This document shows, piece after piece, positions 54,647 through 62,604 of a stretch of 64,000 nucleotides of DNA. The DNA comes from Chloroflexota bacterium. Lineage in GTDB: Bacteria; Chloroflexota; Dehalococcoidia; DSTF01; RBG-16-68-14. The number at the start of each line of letters is the position of its first letter. The first letter of the stretch is position 1. The notes beneath the pieces were generated by a model, which made no database searches, had not been told where the DNA came from, and was given only the letters and a program-made list of their open reading frames with translations. The position numbers and the translations under genes are program-made. The stretch is from positions 6,028 to 70,027 of the forward strand of contig QIFC01000115.1 in the NCBI GenBank assembly GCA_003228685.1, in the 5' to 3' direction.

Positions 54647-57004
54647 CTACGTTGTCCTGTTGCATCGCTCGCCGGGCGGGATGCTGACGCCGAGTACTTC
54701 CGTTAAGAGGGCTGCGGAAGCGTCCACCGAGGGCTGCGGAGCTTCCACCGGCGCGGGTAGAACGCGAAAGACGTACGCTTGCTGGCCGAGCGTCGCCTCG
54801 AGATGGAAGAACCGGGAGTCGAGAAACGGCACCACCATCGTAGGATACACATCGCCGGTCGCCCCGCCTCTCGGAGAGATGCCTTCCTGACGCTCCCAGA
54901 CGAATGTCTTTGAGGTCCAGACGACGTAGTAGTCTGGCTTCTCCGACTCCGCGCCAAGGGATTCGAGGTAGCGCCGTTCGCGGGACGGCTCGCTTCCACG
55001 GAGCGACCGTACGGCGTCGTACGCGCCGCAGCCGTCGCTGGCGCCAAGGACGGCTTCTTTGATGTAGTACATCTGCTCCCGCCCCGGTTCGGTCATCTCG
55101 CTGGGCAGGTACCGGCGCTCTGAAAGGCTGACCTTGTTGCTTAGCGAAGAGAGGACAAACATCGTCTGGTAGTCACTGATAATGCGCACATTTTCGTCTG
55201 TGTGCTGGGCGAACCAATCCGCCAACTCATACTCGACGTCCGCGATGACGCTGTTGTGTGTCCTGAATGGGAGGGGTGTAATGTCGTCGAGAAACGGAAG
55301 GAGCAGTACCGGCAGCACGGCCGCGACGAGACCGAGTTGTGCCATCTCCTGCACCAGCGGGACATCACTGGTTAGCCAGCGCAGAGCCTGTCGGGCGTAT
55401 GAGCCGATGCTGTCCGCCCCCGCGACAACCAGGAAGGCGAGGAATGGCACCATGCCCTTATTGGTCCGGTAGGCGAACGCGTCCGGCAAGAGATACACCG
55501 CGAACATGATCGCAGCTGCCATCAAGACCGCCCTGCCAGCTGGCCCGGCTCTCTTTGTGAAGCAGGCGACAGCGCCCAGGAGCATGAGAACGATCACGAA
55601 CGGAGAAAGGACGCTGTCTAGCAGAGTGACCCGTTGCGCGAAGCTGAATGAGATGTTCTCATACGTGCTGCCAAACACGGCTGATGAGAGTGAGAAACCC
55701 GACGGGAACGAGACGATGTCGACGTATTGCAGCAGGAAGAAGCCCGCCACACTCGCGCAGACGCCGGCGGTGATTGTCTCTTCCAGCCTGGCGCCGCGCA
55801 GCGCTAATGCCAGTCCGTAGACGATCATGCCGGTCAGATAGACCGGCCCCTCGTACACGTGGAACACTTGGAACCCGACGATGACAGCGAAGAGGGCCGG
55901 CATGCCTGTCCAATGCCAGCGCCGCTGATTCGCTTGCATGAGCAGGAAGCCGAGCACCGCGGCGGCCCCAAGCATGATGGGCATGCGTGTTTCCATCCCG
56001 AGTGAGTTCATGATCAGGAAGAGCACGCCAATGACGCCCTGCAGCGCGATGAGCGCTTCGATCTTGGCACGCCGCGACGTGCTCTGATCGTCGACCAGGC
56101 GGTGCATGAGATAGAGCGCCAGTGGGAAGACGGAGAAGAGCAGCCGGTTCGAGCGGAGGGCGAGTGGCGTGCCACTAAACGCGGCGTTTCCAGTGAGGAC
56201 GAAGAGGCCGACAGCCGTCACGAGCAGCGCCGTCGTCCAGCGCCGGGAGATGGCTTTTCCCCAAAGGAGGAGTCCAGCTCCGAACACCGCGAAGAGTAGG
56301 AACGGCCCCATCCAGAGGAATGAGAGAGGCTGGACATTGTAGAGCTGCGACTGCACACTGGTCAGGATGACGAGCCCCGGCGGGTGAGATCTGTTCTCCA
56401 GCGTGAGGTAGCCGTGGTCAATGAGGCGCGACGCAGGCTGGGCAAAATGAAAGGCGTCCAAGAAATTGTCGCCCAGGAGCGGGAACGGCGTCGTCTGGGC
56501 GGCCATGATCTTCGGCGTCATCGAAAGCAGCAGCGCGGCGGCCAGCACCAGCAGCAGTCCGATGTCCACGCGGCGGGGCAGCGGCTCGTCCGCGACGCGA
56601 AGCCCTGCGCCGGCAGCTACGACCGCGAGGCCCAAGGCCAGCCACCCAATGTGTTGCAGCGCCACCATCTGGCCCCCGAAGTAGAGGGCAAAGGCCAAGG
56701 TGACCAGCGCCAGACTTCCTGCCAGCCACTCCACCAGCGCGCGCGCAGGGCCTGCGATGGCGACGACATCGTCGGCGAGGGGAGAGTACCGGAGGAGAGC
56801 GTGCCCGATCAGTAGCGGTACGAGCGCGAATGCCGGGAGCGCCAGCGCCGCTTTCAGGGCCTCCGCGACGGGAAGCCAGTTTGCCAAAGCGATGCTCGGC
56901 AACAGATACGCGAGAGACAGCGCCACCATTGGGCGCTGCCGCAGCCAGTAGCCTGCCGGTTCGGGCTGTGAGTCGCTGGGCTGCCTGCCCGCTAGGGTCA
57001 TCAT
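54647..57004 (-). CDS. large polytopic membrane protein with a C-terminal soluble domain (possible GT-C-type glycosyltransferase)
   Basis: About 15 hydrophobic helices followed by a ~200-aa hydrophilic tail. The ATG at 57004/57001 is preferred because the ORF extension to 57292 overlaps the mutY-like gene. The functional call is speculative. Confidence 0.45.
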   Translation of the reverse strand: MMTLAGRQPSDSQPEPAGYWLRQRPMVALSLAYLLPSIALANWLPVAEALKAALALPAFALVPLLIGHALLRYSPLADDVVAIAGPARALVEWLAGSLALVTLAFALYFGGQMVALQHIGWLALGLAVVAAGAGLRVADEPLPRRVDIGLLLVLAAALLLSMTPKIMAAQTTPFPLLGDNFLDAFHFAQPASRLIDHGYLTLENRSHPPGLVILTSVQSQLYNVQPLSFLWMGPFLLFAVFGAGLLLWGKAISRRWTTALLVTAVGLFVLTGNAAFSGTPLALRSNRLLFSVFPLALYLMHRLVDDQSTSRRAKIEALIALQGVIGVLFLIMNSLGMETRMPIMLGAAAVLGFLLMQANQRRWHWTGMPALFAVIVGFQVFHVYEGPVYLTGMIVYGLALALRGARLEETITAGVCASVAGFFLLQYVDIVSFPSGFSLSSAVFGSTYENISFSFAQRVTLLDSVLSPFVIVLMLLGAVACFTKRAGPAGRAVLMAAAIMFAVYLLPDAFAYRTNKGMVPFLAFLVVAGADSIGSYARQALRWLTSDVPLVQEMAQLGLVAAVLPVLLLPFLDDITPLPFRTHNSVIADVEYELADWFAQHTDENVRIISDYQTMFVLSSLSNKVSLSERRYLPSEMTEPGREQMYYIKEAVLGASDGCGAYDAVRSLRGSEPSRERRYLESLGAESEKPDYYVVWTSKTFVWERQEGISPRGGATGDVYPTMVVPFLDSRFFHLEATLGQQAYVFRVLPAPVEAPQPSVDASAALLTEVLGVSIPPGERCNRTT

Positions 57005-57095
57005 CACTGCCCTGTGCCTCCTTGCGCCGCTCCTTGGGAAGGTCGTCAGGAGGAAAGGTCGCCGGGATGAGGAGAAACCCTTACGACGGGATGGC

Positions 57096-58013
57096 TTAAG
57101 GCAGAAGAACCCTTCCGTTCGATTCGATTCGAACCAGACCGTCGCGTTGCAGCGCAGCCAGCAGGTCGCTGAGTTCGCCGGCGCGGATGTCCAGCCGCCG
57201 CGCGAGCTGCCTCGGGGAGAGCGAGCCGCTCGCGGGCAACTCCCGGAGCGCCTGGACGATGCGGCCTCGATAGTAGCGTCGCGATCCTGCAAACGGCGGC
57301 TGCGGCTTGTAGCCGGCGCGACGCTCGCCGATCTTGTGCGCGCGCTTCGCGAGCTTGGGACGAGATCGACACCAGCGAGCGATGGGGCAGACGTCGCACT
57401 TGGGCGATCGGGAGACGCAGACGCGGCCGCCGAGATCCATGATCGCCTGGTTCCAGCGGCCGGGTGCGCGACGGGAGATCAGGGCGTTCGCGGCGGGTTG
57501 GACGTCGCGGTCGCTGAGCGTGAAGTCGACATCGCCGGAGAGGCGGGCGACGACGCGGCGGACGTTGGTGTCGACGGCCGCGGCCGGTTCGCGGAAAGCG
57601 AACGAAGAGATGATGGCGGCCGTGAACGGGCCGATGCCCTCGATCTGCTCCAGTTCGCCGGCGGCGCGCGGAAAGCCGCCCCGACGCACGATCAACTTAG
57701 CTGCCCGATGCAGGCGAAGCGCCCGCAGGTTGTAGCCCATGCCCTCCCAGACGCGGAGCACGCGGGCGGTGCGGGCGCGGGCGAGCGCCTCGACGGTGGG
57801 GAAGGCGGCGATGAATTCGTCGAACTTGAGGAGGACGCGCGAGATCTGCGTCTGCTGGGCCATGACGGCGGCTACGAGCACATGGTAGGGGTCGCCGCTG
57901 GTGCGCCACGGCGCCTTGAGCGCGTGACGCCGGTGCCATGCGAGGAGGGCGCGCCGGAGTTGACGTTCGTCTTCCTCAGCCAAACGAAGGACGGGCTTTG
58001 GTCGGTTGGGCAT
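57096..58013 (-). CDS. HhH-GPD base-excision glycosylase, MutY-like (A/G-specific adenine glycosylase)
   Basis: PYHVLVAAVMAQQT, GIGPFTAAII, VDTNVRRV and the Fe-S cluster loop CVSRSPKCDVCPIARWC. The ATG at 58013 is preferred. The C-terminus is not obviously NUDIX-like. Confidence 0.75.
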   Translation of the reverse strand: MPNRPKPVLRLAEEDERQLRRALLAWHRRHALKAPWRTSGDPYHVLVAAVMAQQTQISRVLLKFDEFIAAFPTVEALARARTARVLRVWEGMGYNLRALRLHRAAKLIVRRGGFPRAAGELEQIEGIGPFTAAIISSFAFREPAAAVDTNVRRVVARLSGDVDFTLSDRDVQPAANALISRRAPGRWNQAIMDLGGRVCVSRSPKCDVCPIARWCRSRPKLAKRAHKIGERRAGYKPQPPFAGSRRYYRGRIVQALRELPASGSLSPRQLARRLDIRAGELSDLLAALQRDGLVRIESNGRVLLP

Positions 58014-58391
58014 GATGGGGAATTGTATTTCAGAAACGTACGCGCGTCGATTCCGCAACGTGCCGGTTTCGCGAATTGACTGTCGCCGGGTGGTGCCGTG
58101 CCGGCGTTCGTGTGTCGGATCGCGGTGCTCGCAATCATGCGTCGGGTTGAGGGAACGGGGTGGGGCGAGCGGCGGAGGCTTTTCGGGGTTGACATCTCTG
58201 GATCAACACGTTAAGTTTCCGCCTGCGGGGTGAGGGCTTGCCTAAGCGGGGTGGCAAGTCGATACCTCGATTACAGAGGAGCGGGACCGATACGGGGCTC
58301 CCCCGGTAGCGGTCCCGTTCCTTCACGATTCAATGCAGCTTGAACTGACCAAGGCGCGCCCAAGCCTAGATCGAGGTTTGGGATCGGAGCG

Positions 58392-58413
58392 CTTCTATAT
58401 ATCTATATAGAAG
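58392..58413. terminator. AT-rich perfect 10-2-10 palindrome downstream of the 58466 gene
   Basis: CTTCTATATA-tc-TATATAGAAG lies 53-74 nt past the stop on the minus strand. It could be a terminator or an operator. Confidence 0.4.
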
Positions 58414-58465
58414 AGAGCGAGCCACCGGCCCGCTATCTCTTAGCGCATGCCTTTTCGATGGCCGA

Positions 58466-59353
58466 TTATTGCTTCGCGCAAGGGTCGTTCGGAAGCGGAC
58501 AGAAGTGCTGAATGACTCCGAGGATGTCGTTCGCCAGATCCACTATCCCGTCTAACTCTACGGATTGGTTGGGGCCGTGGACGTCCCAGGGGTAGTAGTT
58601 ATCGCAGTTGATCACCAGCGTTTCGGCCGGCCCGTCCTCGTGGTCTGGAAGCAGCGGGCTAGACGTCGATGTGGGATTCGAAATGAGGCGGGTGTCATAC
58701 CCGTGCTGCACACCATACAAAGTCCCTTCAAGGAAGATCGGTTGGTCACGCCCGTGGACGAGAGTGATGGTCTGTGTGCTCTTCTCCGCCGGGCAAGTGA
58801 AGTCTAATTCCAGCACCTTCTGACCGGTCTGGGTCGACTGGGCGGCTGAACCGCATGAGTTCCCATACTGACCGGGCTCGTCAATTACAATTGACGCGGG
58901 GGTAGTGCAGCCGGCCCAGAAACGATTGCCCCCGGGCCCCCATTCCGTGTCGCCTGCGCGGTCAACCCGGGTCAATCCCGGCGAGTAGTGGACTCCAACG
59001 GACACGGCCGTGTACCACGGGTTGTCCAGCCCGGCGTAACTGTCGACATAAGTGGCAACAGTGAACGAAGCACCCGGTTCTATCCGGCACTCGCGGTTGT
59101 TGCCAGGAATCCAAGTGTCGCATGAGATGCCATCGGCGTCAGAACTGATTCCGATGTTCAAGTCTGGCCTTGTGGCATTGGAGGCAATCTCGCCTTCGCC
59201 GTTCGCCGCGCGCGGCCCCTCGCCTTCCTGCGCGACGACGGACTCGCCGCCGCCGCTGCCCCAAACGAGCATCAATGCGATGGCGAACGCTGGTAGGAGC
59301 GACCACTTCAACAATCGAAGCGCGAATGTTGGTATATAGATCGAAATCCGCAT
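58466..59353 (-). CDS. secreted protein: cohesin-like Cys-bracketed module plus a single 'DLANDILG' dockerin-like segment
   Basis: The ATG at 59353 lies 4 nt after AGAGGAGGT. The module runs DADGISCDTW..ECRIEPGASFTVATYVD...ETLVINC. The C-terminus is DGIVDLANDILGVIQHFC. Confidence 0.7.
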   Translation of the reverse strand: MRISIYIPTFALRLLKWSLLPAFAIALMLVWGSGGGESVVAQEGEGPRAANGEGEIASNATRPDLNIGISSDADGISCDTWIPGNNRECRIEPGASFTVATYVDSYAGLDNPWYTAVSVGVHYSPGLTRVDRAGDTEWGPGGNRFWAGCTTPASIVIDEPGQYGNSCGSAAQSTQTGQKVLELDFTCPAEKSTQTITLVHGRDQPIFLEGTLYGVQHGYDTRLISNPTSTSSPLLPDHEDGPAETLVINCDNYYPWDVHGPNQSVELDGIVDLANDILGVIQHFCPLPNDPCAKQ

Positions 59354-59728
59354 GCTGACCTCCTCTTTTGATTCCTGGCGACGCACCCAAGGGTTGGGCG
59401 CGTGGCACCTTCCTGTATCAGTGCTGCCGGTTGCTCAGACGCTTACCTCCCCTGTCAGCGGCATGACGAATACAGCCGAACGCCGCAGAGCGGCCGGCAC
59501 TGCCAGATGCGATTGGACGGTGGAACTCCCGCAGTCACTCGCGGGGAACGAAATACAATGGTGCGAGACCACCAGTCGCCGCTGGTCTACACGGCTGTCT
59601 AGAATCGTCAAGAGCCATATGGCAGGTAGGAAGCTAACCTCGCCCGCCCGCTTTCCCGTGAGCCCTTGGCTTAGCCCGCGCGAGGCCCATCCCGCTCAGA
59701 TGTTCCAGCGAGCCTCTAGATCGTTGCG

Positions 59729-60628
59729 TTACCGTTCCGCGTACTGTCCCAGCTCCGCAGCCGTCAACTCCAGCAGCGGGTATCCGGCGGCGGCCAGCGC
59801 CATGCGTTCTTCTTTCGTGGTAATCTTCTCACGCTCCAGGCCTGGGCCAACGTAGAGCCGGAAGCTCTCGAACTGGTCCGTCCCCAGCGTTGCCCGGTCA
59901 CAGCCTACGCCTATGAATGTCATGGTGTCTCTCTCCTCTGAGAATGCCTGCCACTCGTCCGCCGTCGCGTGTCCGATGGTGTATGCCTGATATCCGCGCA
60001 GGCCGCGACGCTCACACTCGGCGATCTGCAGGCTAACGGCCTCAGCGCCGATACCGCGAGACGTCTGGATCGTGGGGAGCACCGGCAGGCCGCCGAAGTT
60101 CTGACCGTCATCCAGGCTGTCTGAGAACGCCCGCGGCACATGAGTACGCGGCTTGAAGCGCGCCGGGTAGAACTCCTCGGGGTAGATCATCGGCATCCAG
60201 GCGGTGATCTCTGCCGCAAGTACGCGCTGGTGTGGCAGATCGATCCTCCCACCCCGCGTGTCGACGGAGGCGTAGAGTTCCACGCCGCGGCCCACCTGTC
60301 CCCGAATCTGGGAGATGAAGTTCTGCATCAGTGTGCGAGCCCCACTGCCTAACGGCTCCCACTCCTTCTCAGCGTTGATGACGATGAACTCAGCGCCGCG
60401 CCGGACTGCGTTGCCAAGGTACTGAGCTTCGAGTCGTGGTTGGCTTGGATAGGCGTAGCGCTCCGTCCCCCATCGGACGCCAGCCCGCGTTAAGGTCCGT
60501 TCGATGTCGATGTAGCCTGCCTTGACGACCATGAAGTCGAGCTGGGCCTGCTGGATACGATCGATCAGCGCCTGCCCGTTAATGTTAGAGTGCTGATTCC
60601 ACCAGGCTCCTCGGCCTGCCGCCTCCAT
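59729..60628 (-). CDS. hypothetical protein, possibly a glycoside-hydrolase-like TIM barrel (GH25 / Rv2525c-like)
   Basis: GGGAGGTGA lies 6 nt before the ATG. AWWNQHSNINGQALIDRIQQAQLDFMVVKAG loosely resembles the GH25-type N-terminus. The functional call is weak. Confidence 0.4.
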   Translation of the reverse strand: MEAAGRGAWWNQHSNINGQALIDRIQQAQLDFMVVKAGYIDIERTLTRAGVRWGTERYAYPSQPRLEAQYLGNAVRRGAEFIVINAEKEWEPLGSGARTLMQNFISQIRGQVGRGVELYASVDTRGGRIDLPHQRVLAAEITAWMPMIYPEEFYPARFKPRTHVPRAFSDSLDDGQNFGGLPVLPTIQTSRGIGAEAVSLQIAECERRGLRGYQAYTIGHATADEWQAFSEERDTMTFIGVGCDRATLGTDQFESFRLYVGPGLEREKITTKEERMALAAAGYPLLELTAAELGQYAER

Positions 60629-60855
60629 ATGGCATCACCTCCCATGATCGGGTACGCCCGCGACGCGACACGGTCTGGCACGAAGCCTTCGGAGATCAAC
60701 ATGCGGAGCCGCCTATTGGCCACCGTGCCAGGGAACAGATCGTAGTCTCACCGGCATCATCCGCCAATATCCTCCTGTCATCGGCTCAGCTTGGCTGAAC
60801 GCTTGATCTTCAGCAAATGTTTGGCGTCAGCATGCCGCTAGGTTAGGCTCCAGGC

Positions 60856-61587
60856 ATGGCTGAAGGAGAAAGCTGGAAGGACGCGAGGCTGGTTGGCGCG
60901 TACTTGAGCGGGATCCGCGGTGGCATCCCGCTGGCGCAGGAGCAGGTCGACGTGGCACTGCGGCTGATCGACCAGGCGGGCGTGCCGGTGCGGCGCTTCC
61001 TTGACGTCGGATGCGGCGATGGCTTCCTAGGCGCCGTGCTGTTGGAGCGCTTCCCCGACGCGACAGGCACGTTCGTCGACTTCTCCGAGCCGATGCTGCA
61101 GGCGGCGCGCGAACGGCTGGCGCCATTCGGCGAGCGAGTGAACATCGAGCATGCGGACCTGTCGGGCCCAGCGTGGAGCACGGCGCTCGGCGAGGGCGGG
61201 ACGTTCGACATCGTAATCTCCGGCTTTGCGATCCACCACCTGACGGACGATCGAAAGCGCGAACTGTACTCGGAGGTGCTGGAGCTGCTGACGCCGGGCG
61301 CCTTCTTCATTAACATCGAGCATGTGAGTTCGCGGACGCCGTGGCTGACGGACGCCTTCGACGAACTGTTGACCGACAGCTTTTACGACCACCAGCTGGC
61401 GAGCGGGCAAGACGTGACGCGCGCGCAGGTCGCGGCGGAGTACGTGCACCGGCCGGACAAGCAAGAGAACATCCTGGCGCCGGTTGAGACGCAGTGCGAC
61501 TGGCTCCGCGAACTGGGGTTCGTCGACGTTGACTGCTACTTCAAACTGCTCGAGCTGGCGGTGTTCGGCGGCCGGCGAGCGCTCTAG
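60856..61587 (+). CDS. class I SAM-dependent methyltransferase
   Basis: Motif I RFLDVGCGDGFLG, followed by FDIVISGFAIHHL. Confidence 0.8.
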   Translation: MAEGESWKDARLVGAYLSGIRGGIPLAQEQVDVALRLIDQAGVPVRRFLDVGCGDGFLGAVLLERFPDATGTFVDFSEPMLQAARERLAPFGERVNIEHADLSGPAWSTALGEGGTFDIVISGFAIHHLTDDRKRELYSEVLELLTPGAFFINIEHVSSRTPWLTDAFDELLTDSFYDHQLASGQDVTRAQVAAEYVHRPDKQENILAPVETQCDWLRELGFVDVDCYFKLLELAVFGGRRAL

Positions 61588-61653
61588 ACAGGCTCGCGAC
61601 GCAGTTGCTACCATCGCGGCGCATCTACTTCTACTGATGTAAGGAGCTTTCAC

Positions 61654-62601
61654 ATGGAAGAGGTCACGCCGCACGTCTACAGCCTGGACGTCAAGATCGA
61701 TTGGTTCCCGCAGCCGTTCCCGCCGAACGTCCACTTGATCATGGATGGGGGCGAGGGGGCGCTGATCGATGCCGGGTTCCCGGACGATGAGTCGTTCAAC
61801 ACGCGGATGGAGTGGCTGCGCAGCGTGCCCGACCTGAAGCTGAAGTACATCGTGATTACGCACCACCACTTCGATCACTCGTCAGGCGCGGCGAAGCTGC
61901 GCGACGCCACGGGCGCGAAGATCGTGATGCACAAGGACGAGGAGCCGCTCCTGAAGCGCTCCGCAACCGAGGAGATCCCGTCCGATGTGGACGTGCCGAA
62001 GCAGGACGCCGGCAAGGAGCTGCCGGAGGGGGTCAAGGAGTGGATCGAGCGGACGGCCCAGTGGCGCAAGGAGGCGGCCGAAGCGGGCGCCGACGAGCTG
62101 GTCTCCGACAACGATACGCTGAGCATCGGCGGTCTGACGCTGCGAATGGTGCACTCGCCGGGGCATACGGCGGGGCACATCTCGCCGTTCCTGGAGCAGG
62201 GCGGCGTGCTGTTCGCGGGCGATAACGTGCTCGGCATGGGCACAACAGTGGTACCGCCGCCGCCCCACGGCGACATGTTCGACTACATCGCGTCGCTGAA
62301 GAAGATGCAGGCGCTGAACGCGGACGTGATGTGCTGCGGGCACGGGCCGGTGGTGCGCGAGCCGAACCGCAAGCTGCAGGAGCTGATCGATCATCGCCAC
62401 GAGCGCGAGGAGCAGATCCTGGCCCTCGTGGGCGAGGGCCGCGACACGGTGAAGTCGCTCGTGAAGGCGATCTACCCGGAGCTGGACAAGCGCATCCTAG
62501 GGATGGCGACGAGCCAGGTGCTGTCGCACCTCTCCAAGCTGGAGCGTGAAGGCCGCGCGAAGACAGACGGCGAGGGCGCGGAGATGCGAGTCAGCGTCTG
62601 A
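61654..62601 (+). CDS. MBL-fold metallo-hydrolase with a C-terminal winged-helix-like tail
   Basis: Motifs IVITHHHFDHSSG, SPGHTAGH and CCGHG. Confidence 0.8.
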   Translation: MEEVTPHVYSLDVKIDWFPQPFPPNVHLIMDGGEGALIDAGFPDDESFNTRMEWLRSVPDLKLKYIVITHHHFDHSSGAAKLRDATGAKIVMHKDEEPLLKRSATEEIPSDVDVPKQDAGKELPEGVKEWIERTAQWRKEAAEAGADELVSDNDTLSIGGLTLRMVHSPGHTAGHISPFLEQGGVLFAGDNVLGMGTTVVPPPPHGDMFDYIASLKKMQALNADVMCCGHGPVVREPNRKLQELIDHRHEREEQILALVGEGRDTVKSLVKAIYPELDKRILGMATSQVLSHLSKLEREGRAKTDGEGAEMRVSV

Positions 62602-62604
62602 CGG

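Noticed and set aside
54647-57292. Full 881-aa ORF as one protein.
   Set aside because: The first ~96 codons overlap the 3' end of the mutY-like gene in another frame and are Arg/Ser-rich. The hydrophobic protein plausibly starts at the ATG pair 57001/57004.
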